Of a stretch of DNA of 64,000 bases, positions 42,057 to 52,362 are shown piece by piece (the first letter of the stretch is position 1; each line of letters opens with the position of its first letter). Under the pieces are notes generated by a model. The model had not been told where the DNA came from. It saw nothing but the letters and a program-made list of their open reading frames with translations, and did not search any database. A program made the position numbers and the translations under genes. The stretch is from the NCBI GenBank assembly GCA_013166775.1, contig JABLTJ010000007.1, positions 128,001 to 192,000 of the forward strand, read 5' to 3'. This DNA is from Promethearchaeati archaeon (GTDB lineage: Archaea > Asgardarchaeota > Heimdallarchaeia > Heimdallarchaeales > Heimdallarchaeaceae).

Positions 42057-42174
42057 ACCTTTTAATGTTCGGTGCCTCGCACACTTCAGAATAGTGTTTC
42101 TGATTACCTTTAAAAACTTTTTTTGAGAGTCATAAGGATATATATCACTGTTTCAATATATGTATAATCGGAGA

Positions 42175-43314
42175 TTAAATCAAAGAAGCTAAAGTTGATA
42201 CAAACGTATCCAAATCCTCTTTAGTGTTATAGAAATGAGGGCTTATTCTAATACCACCAAATCTACTGGATGTTACAATTTGCTTAGTTCTAAGTTTCTT
42301 AACTATCTCAATGTTATTTTCTACTCTTAAGTTTATTATCCCAGACCTGTTTTCTTTTGCTAATGGTGAGACAATTTTGGTTCCTTTCAAATTTGATAAC
42401 TCTTCGATAAGATAATCTGTAAGTTGGAAAATTCTTTCTTGTACTTTTTCTATGCCATAATCCAGAATTATCTGCATTCCTTCACTAGCAATCCAATAGA
42501 GAAAATCTCCAGGATTTATGTCTGTAAATTTCTCAATAGAAGATTGATACTCTAGCTTCTTGACATCCCAATAAGGTTCATCATGGGAACCAGGATCTGT
42601 TCCATAATATCCTGCAAATGGAGGAAAGAACTCATTTATCAATTCTTTTTTCATATAGATAAATCCTCTTTGACTTGGTCCAAGCAACCATTTTGCTACT
42701 CCACAAGTCAGAAAATCAACATTCCATTTTTTCACATCATTGATTAAAGCTCCTGTTGATTGAATTGTATCTACAACAATGTAAGCGTCATTTTCATGGG
42801 CTATTTTTGAAATCTCTTCTAGATTAGCTCTGGAACCTGTCAACCATTGAACATGTGATAAGAGAACTAGGACTGTATTCTTATCAATCCTTTCCGCAAA
42901 AAACTCTGGATCTAAAGTATTATCTTTATCCTGAACAGGTCTATATTCAATTTTTCTTGTTTTTTCGAGATAAAGCGCTTGATATACTTGTCCTGCATAA
43001 TCATTCCAAAAACAAACAATATTGCTATCTTTCTCATATTGCATCATGTTTGTAACAAGTTTTGAACCATGAGTAACATCTGGAGAGAAAGTAACTTCTT
43101 CTTTTGAAGCATTGATTAATTTAGCGAATTTTTCTCGAGCTCCTAACCGAACTTCTCTATTCTTAGAAAAATCGTAGGACTTCCATTTATCTAAATAACG
43201 ATTTGCAGCTTTCAAAGTTCTTCCATGCAAAGGTCCTCTAGAGGCATGATTAAGAAAAACAATTTCATTTAATGTAGGGGATTCTTCACGAATCTTTCTG
43301 ACATATGAATCCAT
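42175..43314 (-). CDS. PLP-dependent class V aminotransferase-fold enzyme
   Basis: FLNHAS, VDTIQS, KWLLGP, IRISPHFYN. Confidence 0.88.
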   Translation of the reverse strand: MDSYVRKIREESPTLNEIVFLNHASRGPLHGRTLKAANRYLDKWKSYDFSKNREVRLGAREKFAKLINASKEEVTFSPDVTHGSKLVTNMMQYEKDSNIVCFWNDYAGQVYQALYLEKTRKIEYRPVQDKDNTLDPEFFAERIDKNTVLVLLSHVQWLTGSRANLEEISKIAHENDAYIVVDTIQSTGALINDVKKWNVDFLTCGVAKWLLGPSQRGFIYMKKELINEFFPPFAGYYGTDPGSHDEPYWDVKKLEYQSSIEKFTDINPGDFLYWIASEGMQIILDYGIEKVQERIFQLTDYLIEELSNLKGTKIVSPLAKENRSGIINLRVENNIEIVKKLRTKQIVTSSRFGGIRISPHFYNTKEDLDTFVSTLASLI

Positions 43315-43353
43315 AAAGAGTCGATTTTTTCTCTCCCTAAATACTTTTCCGAA

Positions 43354-43908
43354 TTATTTTGCTCTGGCATCGTGATTTTTTATCATAGATTCTACGAGCA
43401 GATCTATAGCAACAACTAAACCTTTACCACTCTTTGCAGATAACTCGACATAATGATTTTCAATACCATCGACTCTTGTAGTTCTATTTAATCTAAAAAT
43501 ATACTCTTGTGGGTCTATTGGATTAAGAGTTCTTTGGCTTGTTGCTCTTAAATCAGATTTGTTACCAACTAATAAAATAGGTACTTTTCCAGTACCTGAA
43601 TAATTCATCAGCTCCTCCAACCAAAATGGAGCATGACGAAATGAATCTGGACGACTTATATCAAAAATAATAATCGCTCCTGTTGCGTTCTTGTAATGCT
43701 TAGAGCGTTTGTCACTTGTCAATTCTTTACCTGGTATGTCATAAAGATTAACTGTGACTTCTCTTCCGCCTATATTTCTTTTAAATTCTATCAAATCGAG
43801 CATAATTGATGGCTTTCTTTCCGCTTCAGGAATATTTTTTAGAAATTGACTAAAAATTGTTGATTTTCCGGTACCATAATCACCTAGTACTAAGATTTTT
43901 AATAACAT
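43354..43908 (-). CDS. divergent Ras/Rab-like small GTPase
   Basis: GDYGTGKS, YDIPG, NKSD, SAK. Confidence 0.85.
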   Translation of the reverse strand: MLLKILVLGDYGTGKSTIFSQFLKNIPEAERKPSIMLDLIEFKRNIGGREVTVNLYDIPGKELTSDKRSKHYKNATGAIIIFDISRPDSFRHAPFWLEELMNYSGTGKVPILLVGNKSDLRATSQRTLNPIDPQEYIFRLNRTTRVDGIENHYVELSAKSGKGLVVAIDLLVESMIKNHDARAK

Positions 43909-43967
43909 TTTATGACCACAATAACTAACTTGTTTTCTTCGTTATGAAAAACTTATTGTTTGAGTAG

Positions 43968-44519
43968 CTAGAAACTTGCTCGAATTGCTTTTCCTAGTTT
44001 TTCAAAAGCTGTATCTATGTTCAAACCTGTTTTTGCACTTGTTTCCAGCAGATGATTTGTTACACCAAAACTAGCAGTTCCTTCGTTCAAGATTCTTATG
44101 AATTTCTCAGCTTGCTTCAGATTTACGCTTTTACGATTTCTTAAATCCGTTTTATTTGCTAGAAGAATAATCGGGATAGCTTCTTTTCCACAGTATTGAT
44201 ACACTTCTCTTACCCACATTGTGCAATTCTTGAAAGTATTTCTATCAGTTACATCAAAAACTAAGAGAGCTCCCATACTCCCTCTATAGAATCGAGGTCG
44301 AACCTCTGAAAACATTGGTTGACCAGCTACATCCCAGATTTGAAATTTCCAGATCTCATTTGGTACCATTTCTTTTTCAGTAACAGCGAAATCTGCCCCT
44401 AAAGTCATCAGATGTGAACTAGAAAAGCCGTAACCCATGTAACGGTTTCTTATAGAAGTTTTACCTACAGCTCCATCTCCTACAAGAGTGATTTTGAAAA
44501 CGTATTCAGCTTTACTCAC
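43968..44519 (-). CDS. Rab-like small GTPase
   Basis: GDGAVGKT, TLGADF, WDVAGQ, NKTD, ETSAK. Confidence 0.92.
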   Translation of the reverse strand: MSKAEYVFKITLVGDGAVGKTSIRNRYMGYGFSSSHLMTLGADFAVTEKEMVPNEIWKFQIWDVAGQPMFSEVRPRFYRGSMGALLVFDVTDRNTFKNCTMWVREVYQYCGKEAIPIILLANKTDLRNRKSVNLKQAEKFIRILNEGTASFGVTNHLLETSAKTGLNIDTAFEKLGKAIRASF

Positions 44520-44627
44520 AATTATCTGATTCAGATAGTCTCTAAAAAAGTTAATTATTACCCAGAATTATGTTTCGTTTATCTCGTTACAACAAGATTT
44601 TTAACATAGTCATTTTATTTTCCGTTA

Positions 44628-45932
44628 ATGCCAGAAGTTAAAAGTCGATTCCCTATTATTGCTTTAGCAGCTCTAATTTTTGGTCATTTCCTTAACCACT
44701 TTTACGCTTACGTTTTAGGAGCTTCTTTATTCATTGTTAGAGATTTTATTGAAATGACAAATGCTCAGATTGGATTGATTAGCACCGCTCAGATAATAAT
44801 TTTTGCAGTCTGCAGTGTTGTAGTTGGAATCACTGGGGACAGATGGCTAGAAAGCAAGAATATCTATGTTCCTCTAGGGATTCTGCTAATGGGAGGAAGT
44901 ATGTTCATAGTTGCCTATTCTTACAACTTCATAGGATTAATTATTTCAGCATTAATGGTTGGTTTTGGAGCATCCTTCTATCATCCAGTTGCTTATGCTT
45001 CAATTGCTGATCTATTTGAAGAGAAAAAAGGAGTGGCAATGGGATTTAATACTGCACTTGGAATGATGGGAACCTCAATAACTCCTTTTCTTGTGGTTGT
45101 ATTTAATAATTGGATAGGGTGGAGGAATTTCTTTAAGGCATTCGGAGTGATAGCTATAGCACTCTCAATCGGGATGTTCGCAATATTTCATTATATGATA
45201 GAGTATCGAAGATCAGAAGAAGAACTGAAAGAAATTCAAGATAGTAAGTCAATGAATATGGAAGGAAAAATCAACCGATGGTTCAAAAAGGAATTATTAG
45301 TTGTCCTAACATTTTTCATAGTAGTTTGCTTATTCTATTCAGTATTTAGAACTGGGATTTTCAGAGTCACGAATCAATTCCTATCAATAATTTTCGTAGA
45401 TTATTACAATTTCAGTCTATTTGAAGCAGGATGGATTACCACAGTGATACTGGTTATTGGCGGTTTAACTTCGATTGCAGGTGGGTTTACGAGTGACAAA
45501 ATTGCTACAAGTTTAACCATGTTTATTTCAACTACTGGAGCAGTTATTATGCTTATATTTTTAGTAACTTTAGGTAACGTAGTTTCAGGATCAGGCGCTA
45601 TTGTTCTGTTCTTTGTCTTCATAGCATTCCTATATTTCTCAGCAGCTGCTGGAACAAAATATGTGACAGAAAACGTTCCCCAGAAATCAAGATCTTTAGC
45701 ATTAGGTTTTCTCTTTGCAATTCCAAGTTCAATAGCTGGAGTCTTTCCATGGGCTTTCGGTAGTATTCTTGATAAATCAACTCATATCTGGGCTTTTGTT
45801 TTCTTGTTAGCTTTAGCTTCTATGGCATTTATTATGACAATAGTATTGGTAACAAAAGACTGGAGAGCAGGTGTGTTTAGAAGAAAAGAACAAAGAACAT
45901 TAGATATCATGCCCACAGATGAGTCGATTTAG
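44628..45932 (+). CDS. MFS transporter (Fsr-like)
   Basis: GHFLNH, GASFYHP, 12 TM. Confidence 0.82.
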   Translation: MPEVKSRFPIIALAALIFGHFLNHFYAYVLGASLFIVRDFIEMTNAQIGLISTAQIIIFAVCSVVVGITGDRWLESKNIYVPLGILLMGGSMFIVAYSYNFIGLIISALMVGFGASFYHPVAYASIADLFEEKKGVAMGFNTALGMMGTSITPFLVVVFNNWIGWRNFFKAFGVIAIALSIGMFAIFHYMIEYRRSEEELKEIQDSKSMNMEGKINRWFKKELLVVLTFFIVVCLFYSVFRTGIFRVTNQFLSIIFVDYYNFSLFEAGWITTVILVIGGLTSIAGGFTSDKIATSLTMFISTTGAVIMLIFLVTLGNVVSGSGAIVLFFVFIAFLYFSAAAGTKYVTENVPQKSRSLALGFLFAIPSSIAGVFPWAFGSILDKSTHIWAFVFLLALASMAFIMTIVLVTKDWRAGVFRRKEQRTLDIMPTDESI

Positions 45933-46010
45933 TATCATTTAACTACTCTTCACAAATCTTAAATAATACGCCAAAACTCAAAAATAGCAAAAAAATAAAA
46001 AGTGAATATT

Positions 46011-48305
46011 ATGGGTAATCTATTATTACTAATTGCATTATTGACTGGTGTACTTTCAATCGTAGCAGCGATCTATTTTACAATAATTGTAATGAGAGAA
46101 GATCGTGGAAATGAAAAGATGATTGAGGTCTCAGGATATATAGAAACAGGTGCGAAAAGCTTCCTCAAAGTCCAATATTTGGTATTAGGAGTATTTGTTT
46201 TCGTACTTTTCATAGTGATACTATTATTCTTACCAACAAAGATGACAGGAGGAGCAGTACCAGTAACTGCTGGAATCCTTAATTGGCAACAAGCTATTGC
46301 TTACCTTATTGGTTCAGGAGCTTCAATGTTTGCAGGATGGTTAGGATTAATAGTTGGAGTAAAGACCAACACAAGAGCAGCACAAGGAGTAACAAAAGGT
46401 ATCAAACAAGGATTTGATATCGCTTTCTTTGGTGGATCCGTTATGGGTCTAGCAGTAGTAGGTGTTGCATTAATAGGTGTTGGTGGAATCTATTGGATTT
46501 TTGCAGCAGATCCGGCTCAAGCAACCCAAATTGTTCTAGGGTTCAGCTTTGGAGCATCTGGAATTGCTTTATTCATGAAATGTGGAGGTGGAATTTATAC
46601 CAAGACCGCAGATGTGGGTGCAGATCTAGTAGGTAAAGCTGAATACAATTTACCAGAAGATGATGTTAGAAATCCAGCAACTATAGCCGACAACGTCGGC
46701 GATAACGTCGGGGATATTGCAGGTATGGGATCTGATCTTCTAGACTCTTATGTTGCATCCATCGTCGCAGCGATGATATTAGCTGTTATATTTGGTGCAA
46801 CTGGAGCTGAAGCTGATTTCGTTATTTTACCAATACTTCTATCAGCAGCTGGTTTGATTGCTTCACTGATTGGTATATTCCTAATCAAATACTTCGGTGG
46901 AGACAATCCAGGTAAATCTTTGAATCTTGGAACTTATCTTGCTACTGGACTTTTTGCACTTTTTGCAGCTGTTATCATAGGAATCATGATTGCTTCTATT
47001 CCTGATACAGTGGTTGATCGTGGTGCTGCAATCTGGCAATATTGGAAAGATTACATTGCAGTAGTTCTTGGACTGTTAGCAGGAATAGTTATTGGTTGGA
47101 CAAGTGACTACTACACAAGAGATGATAAGAAGCCAACAAGAAGTATTGCTGAGGCAGCACAAGAAGGGCATGCAGTTGTTATCCTATCAGGATTTTCCTA
47201 TGGGTTAATGAGTGTAGTACTTCCTTCTATTGGAATAATTGTAGCTATGGCAGTATCCTTCTTACTTGATGGTGTTTTTGGAGTAGCTATGGCAGCAGTT
47301 GGTATGCTAGCAATAGTTGGAACAATAGTATCCAATGATGCTTATGGACCAATTGTCGATAATTCACGAGCTATTGCTGAACAAGGTGGACTAGGAGAGG
47401 ATATCATTCGTAAAGCTGATGCTCTAGATTCAGCAGGAAATACCGCTAAAGCAATCACTAAAGGATTCGCTATCGGTGCAGCTAATCTAGCAGTACTAGC
47501 GTTGCTGTTCTCATTCGTACATGAAGCAGGAATTGCCAGGATAGATATTTTGAATGTCAAAGTCTTGATTGGTGCATTCTTCGGTGTTGTAGTTCCAGCA
47601 TTGTTTTCAGCACTACTAATTGTAGCAGTTCAAAGAAACGCTGCAAAAATGGTCTTAGAGATTAGGAGACAATTCGAAGAAAATCCAGGTATCTTGGAAG
47701 GTACTGAACCAGCTGATTTCAATAGTACAATAGCTATTGCTACAAGAGGGGCATTAAGAGAATTAGTACTACCAAGTGTGATATCTATTCTTGTTCCAAT
47801 AATGGTAGGAATAGTGTTCGGTGTAGCAGCTCTAGGAGCATTCTTAGCAGGAGCTATTCTGTCAGGATTCGTGTTCGCAATCATGATGGCTAACTCTGGT
47901 GGAGCATGGGATAATGCCAAAAAATTCATCGAAGACGGCAATCTAGGCGGAAAGGGAACTGAAGCCCACAAAGCATCTATTACTGGTGACACTGTTGGTG
48001 ATCCATTCAAAGATACTGCAGGACCAAGTATTAACACATTACTAGTTGTTATGTCATTAACAGCTTCTATCTTCATGGGTTTATTAGCCAAAATCAACTT
48101 TGGTGAAGGTTTATTCCCCGATGCATGGTTTGGTGTTGATAGTGTAACTGGTGTAACATCCGGATTATCTGGTGTCTTGAACACTGAGATTTGGGTTCTT
48201 ATTGTTGTTCTAGTTTCCGTAGCAGCTTTAGCTATCTGTCTTTGGATTGTTATCAAACTCGTAAGATCTAAGAACATCATTCAAAAACTATTAAAGAAAG
48301 AGTAA
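46011..48305 (+). CDS. hppA: membrane-bound ion-translocating pyrophosphatase (predicted K+-independent H+-PPase)
   Basis: GGIYTKTADVGADLVGK, DNVGDNVGD, GNTAKA, GDTVGDPFKD. Confidence 0.96.
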   Translation: MGNLLLLIALLTGVLSIVAAIYFTIIVMREDRGNEKMIEVSGYIETGAKSFLKVQYLVLGVFVFVLFIVILLFLPTKMTGGAVPVTAGILNWQQAIAYLIGSGASMFAGWLGLIVGVKTNTRAAQGVTKGIKQGFDIAFFGGSVMGLAVVGVALIGVGGIYWIFAADPAQATQIVLGFSFGASGIALFMKCGGGIYTKTADVGADLVGKAEYNLPEDDVRNPATIADNVGDNVGDIAGMGSDLLDSYVASIVAAMILAVIFGATGAEADFVILPILLSAAGLIASLIGIFLIKYFGGDNPGKSLNLGTYLATGLFALFAAVIIGIMIASIPDTVVDRGAAIWQYWKDYIAVVLGLLAGIVIGWTSDYYTRDDKKPTRSIAEAAQEGHAVVILSGFSYGLMSVVLPSIGIIVAMAVSFLLDGVFGVAMAAVGMLAIVGTIVSNDAYGPIVDNSRAIAEQGGLGEDIIRKADALDSAGNTAKAITKGFAIGAANLAVLALLFSFVHEAGIARIDILNVKVLIGAFFGVVVPALFSALLIVAVQRNAAKMVLEIRRQFEENPGILEGTEPADFNSTIAIATRGALRELVLPSVISILVPIMVGIVFGVAALGAFLAGAILSGFVFAIMMANSGGAWDNAKKFIEDGNLGGKGTEAHKASITGDTVGDPFKDTAGPSINTLLVVMSLTASIFMGLLAKINFGEGLFPDAWFGVDSVTGVTSGLSGVLNTEIWVLIVVLVSVAALAICLWIVIKLVRSKNIIQKLLKKE

Positions 48306-48330
48306 TTCTACTCTCTTCTTCTTTTCTTTA
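48279..48330 (+). repeat. hppA 3'-end repeat, copy 0 (resident gene end and terminator)
   Basis: ATTCAAAAACTATTAAAGAAAGAGTAATTCTACTCTCTTCTTCTTTTC. Confidence 0.8.
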
Positions 48331-48406
48331 TTTGACTCTTTATTCTTATGAACAATATTATCTTCTTTGAGGAAATCTTTTATTCCCATCTCTGGTTTTT
48401 GAACCA

Positions 48407-50098
48407 ATGAGTATAACCATTGATATTCTCCTCATACTTCTTCCTTTCATTTTAGGAATCGTTTTACTTATTGGTTTTAAATTAAAAGCTGATACAACTG
48501 GAGTAATCATGTTTGTTATCATCTTAATTGTTGGTATTTTTTACTTTCAAACTCATTGGAAGGTTGCTTTTCTATCATCTATTGCTGGAATAATTAACTC
48601 ATTTCCTATTTCTCTAATGGTCCTTACTTCTATCCTTATGATTACTTATCAACAAAAAACAGGATCCTTAGCTAAAATCATCGTTTCTTTCAAAAAGATT
48701 GGAGGTGGAAACAAACCATTTCAAATTATGTTCATTAATTTAGCTCTCGGAACTTTCTTAGTTTCAATTGGAGCAACTCCTGTAACAATGCTTCCTCCTG
48801 TTTTAGCAGCTATGGGTTACTCAGCTTTTGCTGCTGTTGCTTTACCCTCCATTGGTTATGATCCTCTTTGTACTTATGCTTTACTTGCTGTTCCTGCTGT
48901 TGTTTTTGCTCAATTCATGGGGATAGATTTACAGACAGCAGGAATAGCTTTTTCATACTACATGCCTTTAGTTACAACAGGTATTGCACTTGGTATGCTT
49001 TGGTTAGCTGGTGGAAAGAAGCTTCTTTTCAGTAAAGATGGATTAACCTTTAGTCTAATAGGTGGGATTGCTGCTGGAGGAACTGCTATCATCAGTAATC
49101 ATCTAGGAATAGTTACACTGACAGGTGTAATTTCTGGAGCTGTTACTGCTTGTGTATTAATACTAGTTGCATATCTGAAGAAGATAAAGATTATCGATTC
49201 CTCAGTTTTGACAGAAGAAGAAAGGGAAATAGATAAATCAATGCCTTTGTGGAAAGCTCTTTTTCCTTGGCTATTGCTAATTTTATTATCTGTAATAACC
49301 AATCTTATCCCTCAAATTTATGATTTCCTAAAAAATGATGTTCCACTACCGATTTACATCGGTGGAACTCCTGTAACTACTTCTATATTCTCGCAGGCTT
49401 ATTTTTGGGTACTTGTAGCAACTTTATGTTCAATACCAGTTTTAGGTTGGAAAAGAAACAAATTAAAAAGCACAATAAAAGTATGGGGAAAACGTTCTAT
49501 CCGTCCAGTACTTGCTGCTGCTATATTTTTTGCGATTGCTTTTATTATGATTAATTCAGGAGTAGTTTCTATTCCTACTAATTGGAAAACTGTTGAAGAT
49601 TCAAGCACTAATATAATAAGGATTTTAGCCGATGCTTCTTTTCGAGTTTTTGGAAAATGGTATCCTTTAATTGTGCCATTTGTAGGACTGTTTGGAGGTT
49701 TCATTAGTGGATCCGAAACATCTTCCATTGCTATGTTTACTAATTATCATACAATTACTGCTCAATCAATAGGAATTAATGCGCTAGTACTAGGAACAGC
49801 AAATGGAATTGGAGGAGGTCTAGCTTCTGTTCTATCTCCAGCTAAAATTCAAAATGCTGCGGCAGTAATAGATAAAGTTGGTATTGAAGGTGAAGTTATT
49901 CGAAAGACAGCTCCAATTGCGTTTCTTATGACTTCATCAGTTGCAGCTGTTTGTCTATGTTGGGCAAATGAATACCTTTGGTGGCAGTGGATGGTCGTGT
50001 TTATGATACTGTGCTTGCTTATTATAGGTATAGGATGTTTTCTATTCTTTAAGAAGGATGGAACGAATTCAAATAATGAGAAACCCAATATAAAATAA
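48407..50098 (+). CDS. lctP: L-lactate permease family transporter
   Basis: Multi-TM; GGFISGSETSS and SPAKIQNA motifs. Confidence 0.8.
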   Translation: MSITIDILLILLPFILGIVLLIGFKLKADTTGVIMFVIILIVGIFYFQTHWKVAFLSSIAGIINSFPISLMVLTSILMITYQQKTGSLAKIIVSFKKIGGGNKPFQIMFINLALGTFLVSIGATPVTMLPPVLAAMGYSAFAAVALPSIGYDPLCTYALLAVPAVVFAQFMGIDLQTAGIAFSYYMPLVTTGIALGMLWLAGGKKLLFSKDGLTFSLIGGIAAGGTAIISNHLGIVTLTGVISGAVTACVLILVAYLKKIKIIDSSVLTEEEREIDKSMPLWKALFPWLLLILLSVITNLIPQIYDFLKNDVPLPIYIGGTPVTTSIFSQAYFWVLVATLCSIPVLGWKRNKLKSTIKVWGKRSIRPVLAAAIFFAIAFIMINSGVVSIPTNWKTVEDSSTNIIRILADASFRVFGKWYPLIVPFVGLFGGFISGSETSSIAMFTNYHTITAQSIGINALVLGTANGIGGGLASVLSPAKIQNAAAVIDKVGIEGEVIRKTAPIAFLMTSSVAAVCLCWANEYLWWQWMVVFMILCLLIIGIGCFLFFKKDGTNSNNEKPNIK

Positions 50099-50112
50099 TT
50101 TTCAGGTTAGTA

Positions 50113-50163
50113 ATTCAAAAAATCTTAAAGAAAGAGTAAATTTTACTCTCTTTTTCTTTTATT
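50113..50163 (+). repeat. hppA 3'-end repeat, copy 1
   Basis: ATTCAAAAAATCTTAAAGAAAGAGTAAATTTTACTCTCTTTTTCTTTTATT. Confidence 0.8.
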
Positions 50164-50196
50164 GTTAATATTCTATTTTTCACAAGAATCAATATA

Positions 50197-51042
50197 CTAT
50201 TTTTGACAGTTTGGGCAGAAGAAAATTCTTCTTCCATTTCTTTTAATTGCTCTTATTTCTGCTTCACATATTTGACATAATTGGTTTTCTTTATCATAGA
50301 CCTTATGCCAATTTTGTGCAGATCCTAATCCTAGAGGAGTTTCAAATGGTTGAATGTTGAAAGTGCTACCCTGACATTCCAGAGCTTGCTGCAGTGTTTC
50401 AGAAATTGCATAGCCAAGGTTTCTTTTCGTTTTAATATTAAGAGATTTAACCAATCTTGTAGGTTTTATTCCTGCTCGAAAGAGAGATTCTGATCTATAT
50501 ATATTCCCTAATCCAGCAACAAGGTTTTGATCAAGTAATATATCTCCTATTTCTCTGTTTTTGTAATTCGATTTATTTAGATTTATAAGAAAATCTTCCA
50601 TTGGAAAAGGTAAAGCTAAACCATCTACACCTATTTTCTTAATCGGATTGTACTGGAGTACTTGATCGTATGATTCAAAGATTCGAAATTGACCAAAATT
50701 TCTAACATCATCAAAAACAGCTAGTTTTTCAAAATCTTCAAAATGGATAATAATTTTTATATGTGAAGGTAATTCTTGTTTTTCTTCTACGAATAACCAT
50801 TTCCCAGACATTCCCAGATGATTTAGGATGATTTTTCCGAAATTAAAAACCCAAATCAGAAATTTTCCTTTTCTTTCAATTCTCTCTAATCGTTTTCCTG
50901 AAAAAAAATCAAAATCAACTTGCTTGTTTTGATATTTAGGATATTTCTGAGAAAGACTTGTAAATTGAATTTTTTTAATAAATTTCCCAATTATAGGTTG
51001 TAATGAAAGTTTTGTACACTCAACTTCAGGTCCTTCAGGCAT
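50197..51042 (-). CDS. mutM: formamidopyrimidine-DNA glycosylase (Fpg/Nei family)
   Basis: N-terminal MPEGPE, RKGK, HLGMSG, H2TH GLGNIY, C4 zinc finger. Confidence 0.92.
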   Translation of the reverse strand: MPEGPEVECTKLSLQPIIGKFIKKIQFTSLSQKYPKYQNKQVDFDFFSGKRLERIERKGKFLIWVFNFGKIILNHLGMSGKWLFVEEKQELPSHIKIIIHFEDFEKLAVFDDVRNFGQFRIFESYDQVLQYNPIKKIGVDGLALPFPMEDFLINLNKSNYKNREIGDILLDQNLVAGLGNIYRSESLFRAGIKPTRLVKSLNIKTKRNLGYAISETLQQALECQGSTFNIQPFETPLGLGSAQNWHKVYDKENQLCQICEAEIRAIKRNGRRIFFCPNCQK

Positions 51043-51119
51043 CTATTTTAACAACTCTATGACTCTATTTTTACTATGTCTTGTTTTTGAAGCTTATTTA
51101 AAAGAATTATTCTTAAGAT

Positions 51120-51166
51120 ATTGAAAAAACTAAAGGAAAGAGTAATTCCTTTTTTAACTTTTTTTT
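51120..51166 (+). repeat. hppA 3'-end repeat, copy 2 (degenerate)
   Basis: ATTGAAAAAACTAAAGGAAAGAGTAATTCCTTTTTT. Confidence 0.5.
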
Positions 51167-51181
51167 AAAATTTCCATTTCT

Positions 51182-51646
51182 TTACATATCTAAGAAGGGT
51201 TTAACTATTTTAAAATAAGGGATTAATAGAAGTATAATCAAAAAAGAAATTCCTGTCAAAATCATTCCTGTATAAACTAATAAGTCTGATTTTTCTTGAC
51301 TTAATCCTTTACTCATTTTCACTTGTTTTGGCTTTAATCCTATCCATAGATCAAATAAGCCAAGAACAAAAGTAATGGGACTAGCAAAACTTAGTAAAAA
51401 TGTGAAAATTAATGCATTTACTAATAGAGATAGATTATTTTCGCGATATGCGTAATTCGAAGAGATTACAGAAATTACCACTAATATGTCAATTATTATG
51501 ACTATTGTTGCAATAAAGATAATTCTATTTTTTATTTCAGTTTGTATATTGTATGGTAATTCTTCTCCACAATATTTACATGAAGTTTTAAACACTTTCA
51601 TCTTCTTATTACAATTTGAACATTTGGTCCCAAACATTTCAATCAT
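51182..51646 (-). CDS. membrane protein with N-terminal zinc ribbon
   Basis: CSNC...CKYCG then 3 TM. Confidence 0.6.
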   Translation of the reverse strand: MIEMFGTKCSNCNKKMKVFKTSCKYCGEELPYNIQTEIKNRIIFIATIVIIIDILVVISVISSNYAYRENNLSLLVNALIFTFLLSFASPITFVLGLFDLWIGLKPKQVKMSKGLSQEKSDLLVYTGMILTGISFLIILLLIPYFKIVKPFLDM

Positions 51647-51787
51647 GAAGTTAAATAATTGTATAATTTCAAATACAGTAGCTTAAAAAATTTAGCATAG
51701 TATAGATTAGATCATTTAAAATCTGCATGTAAACCTAAAAAACAACTTTAATGCATCTTCATACAGAAAAATTATTAAGATTTAAAA

Positions 51788-52141
51788 ATGAAACTAGCGT
51801 TTGTGATTAACGAAAAAAATCATATAAGAAAATGGGGAGTAAATAAAGAGCAGAAAAAACTCTCAATTATACTAACTTCTATTTCAATATCTTTCTCTGT
51901 AGCATTTATCATTCTATTTTCCCATGCTAATAGGAATCTTGCTACTGCTACTGTTACTGTTGGAGCCTTAACTTTAGCAAGTTGGTTTATTACTTTGAGT
52001 AAGGCTATTAGTTATTTTAAAATATGTGAATCTGATTCGATAAGCTACAATCTATATCTAGCTTTAATAATAGTAAGTGCAGTTTTTCTTGCTTTAGGAG
52101 GGATTCTCTTGTTTTTTGGAATTCTTTTATTTAATGATTAG
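51788..52141 (+). CDS. hypothetical membrane protein
   Basis: 3 TM segments. Confidence 0.5.
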   Translation: MKLAFVINEKNHIRKWGVNKEQKKLSIILTSISISFSVAFIILFSHANRNLATATVTVGALTLASWFITLSKAISYFKICESDSISYNLYLALIIVSAVFLALGGILLFFGILLFND

Positions 52142-52320
52142 GTGATATCTTGGTTTGTCCTAACCTAAGTGGGAAAATGAAGGAAACAATCAAGATGAAA
52201 CAAACTAGTTTTGATAATGCTTTTCTCAAATATATCATTTAGAATCAATTGTTTTTGTTAATAAACTAATCGGTGGAATTTCAGAAGATTATGGAAAAAA
52301 AAAGTATGGAACCTTATGAT

Positions 52321-52356
52321 ATCTAAGAAAATCATAAGAAAAGAGTATTTCTCTCT
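52321..52356 (+). repeat. hppA 3'-end repeat, copy 3 (degenerate, internal deletion)
   Basis: ATCTAAGAAAATCAT-AAGAAAAGAGTATTTCTCTCT versus hppA ATCTAAGAACATCAT...AAAGAAAGAGTAATTCTACTCT. Confidence 0.45.
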
Positions 52357-52362
52357 AAGATG

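Noticed and set aside
47342-48280. Antisense ORFs (72 and 216 aa) within hppA, and similar shadows in feoB, the P-type ATPase, lctP and thiP
   Set aside because: They fully overlap well-supported genes on the opposite strand and carry no motifs.
50177-50189. 13-bp TTTTCACAAGAAT also found at 54376-54388
   Set aside because: Short and AT-rich, and at different distances from the repeats; cannot be distinguished from chance.
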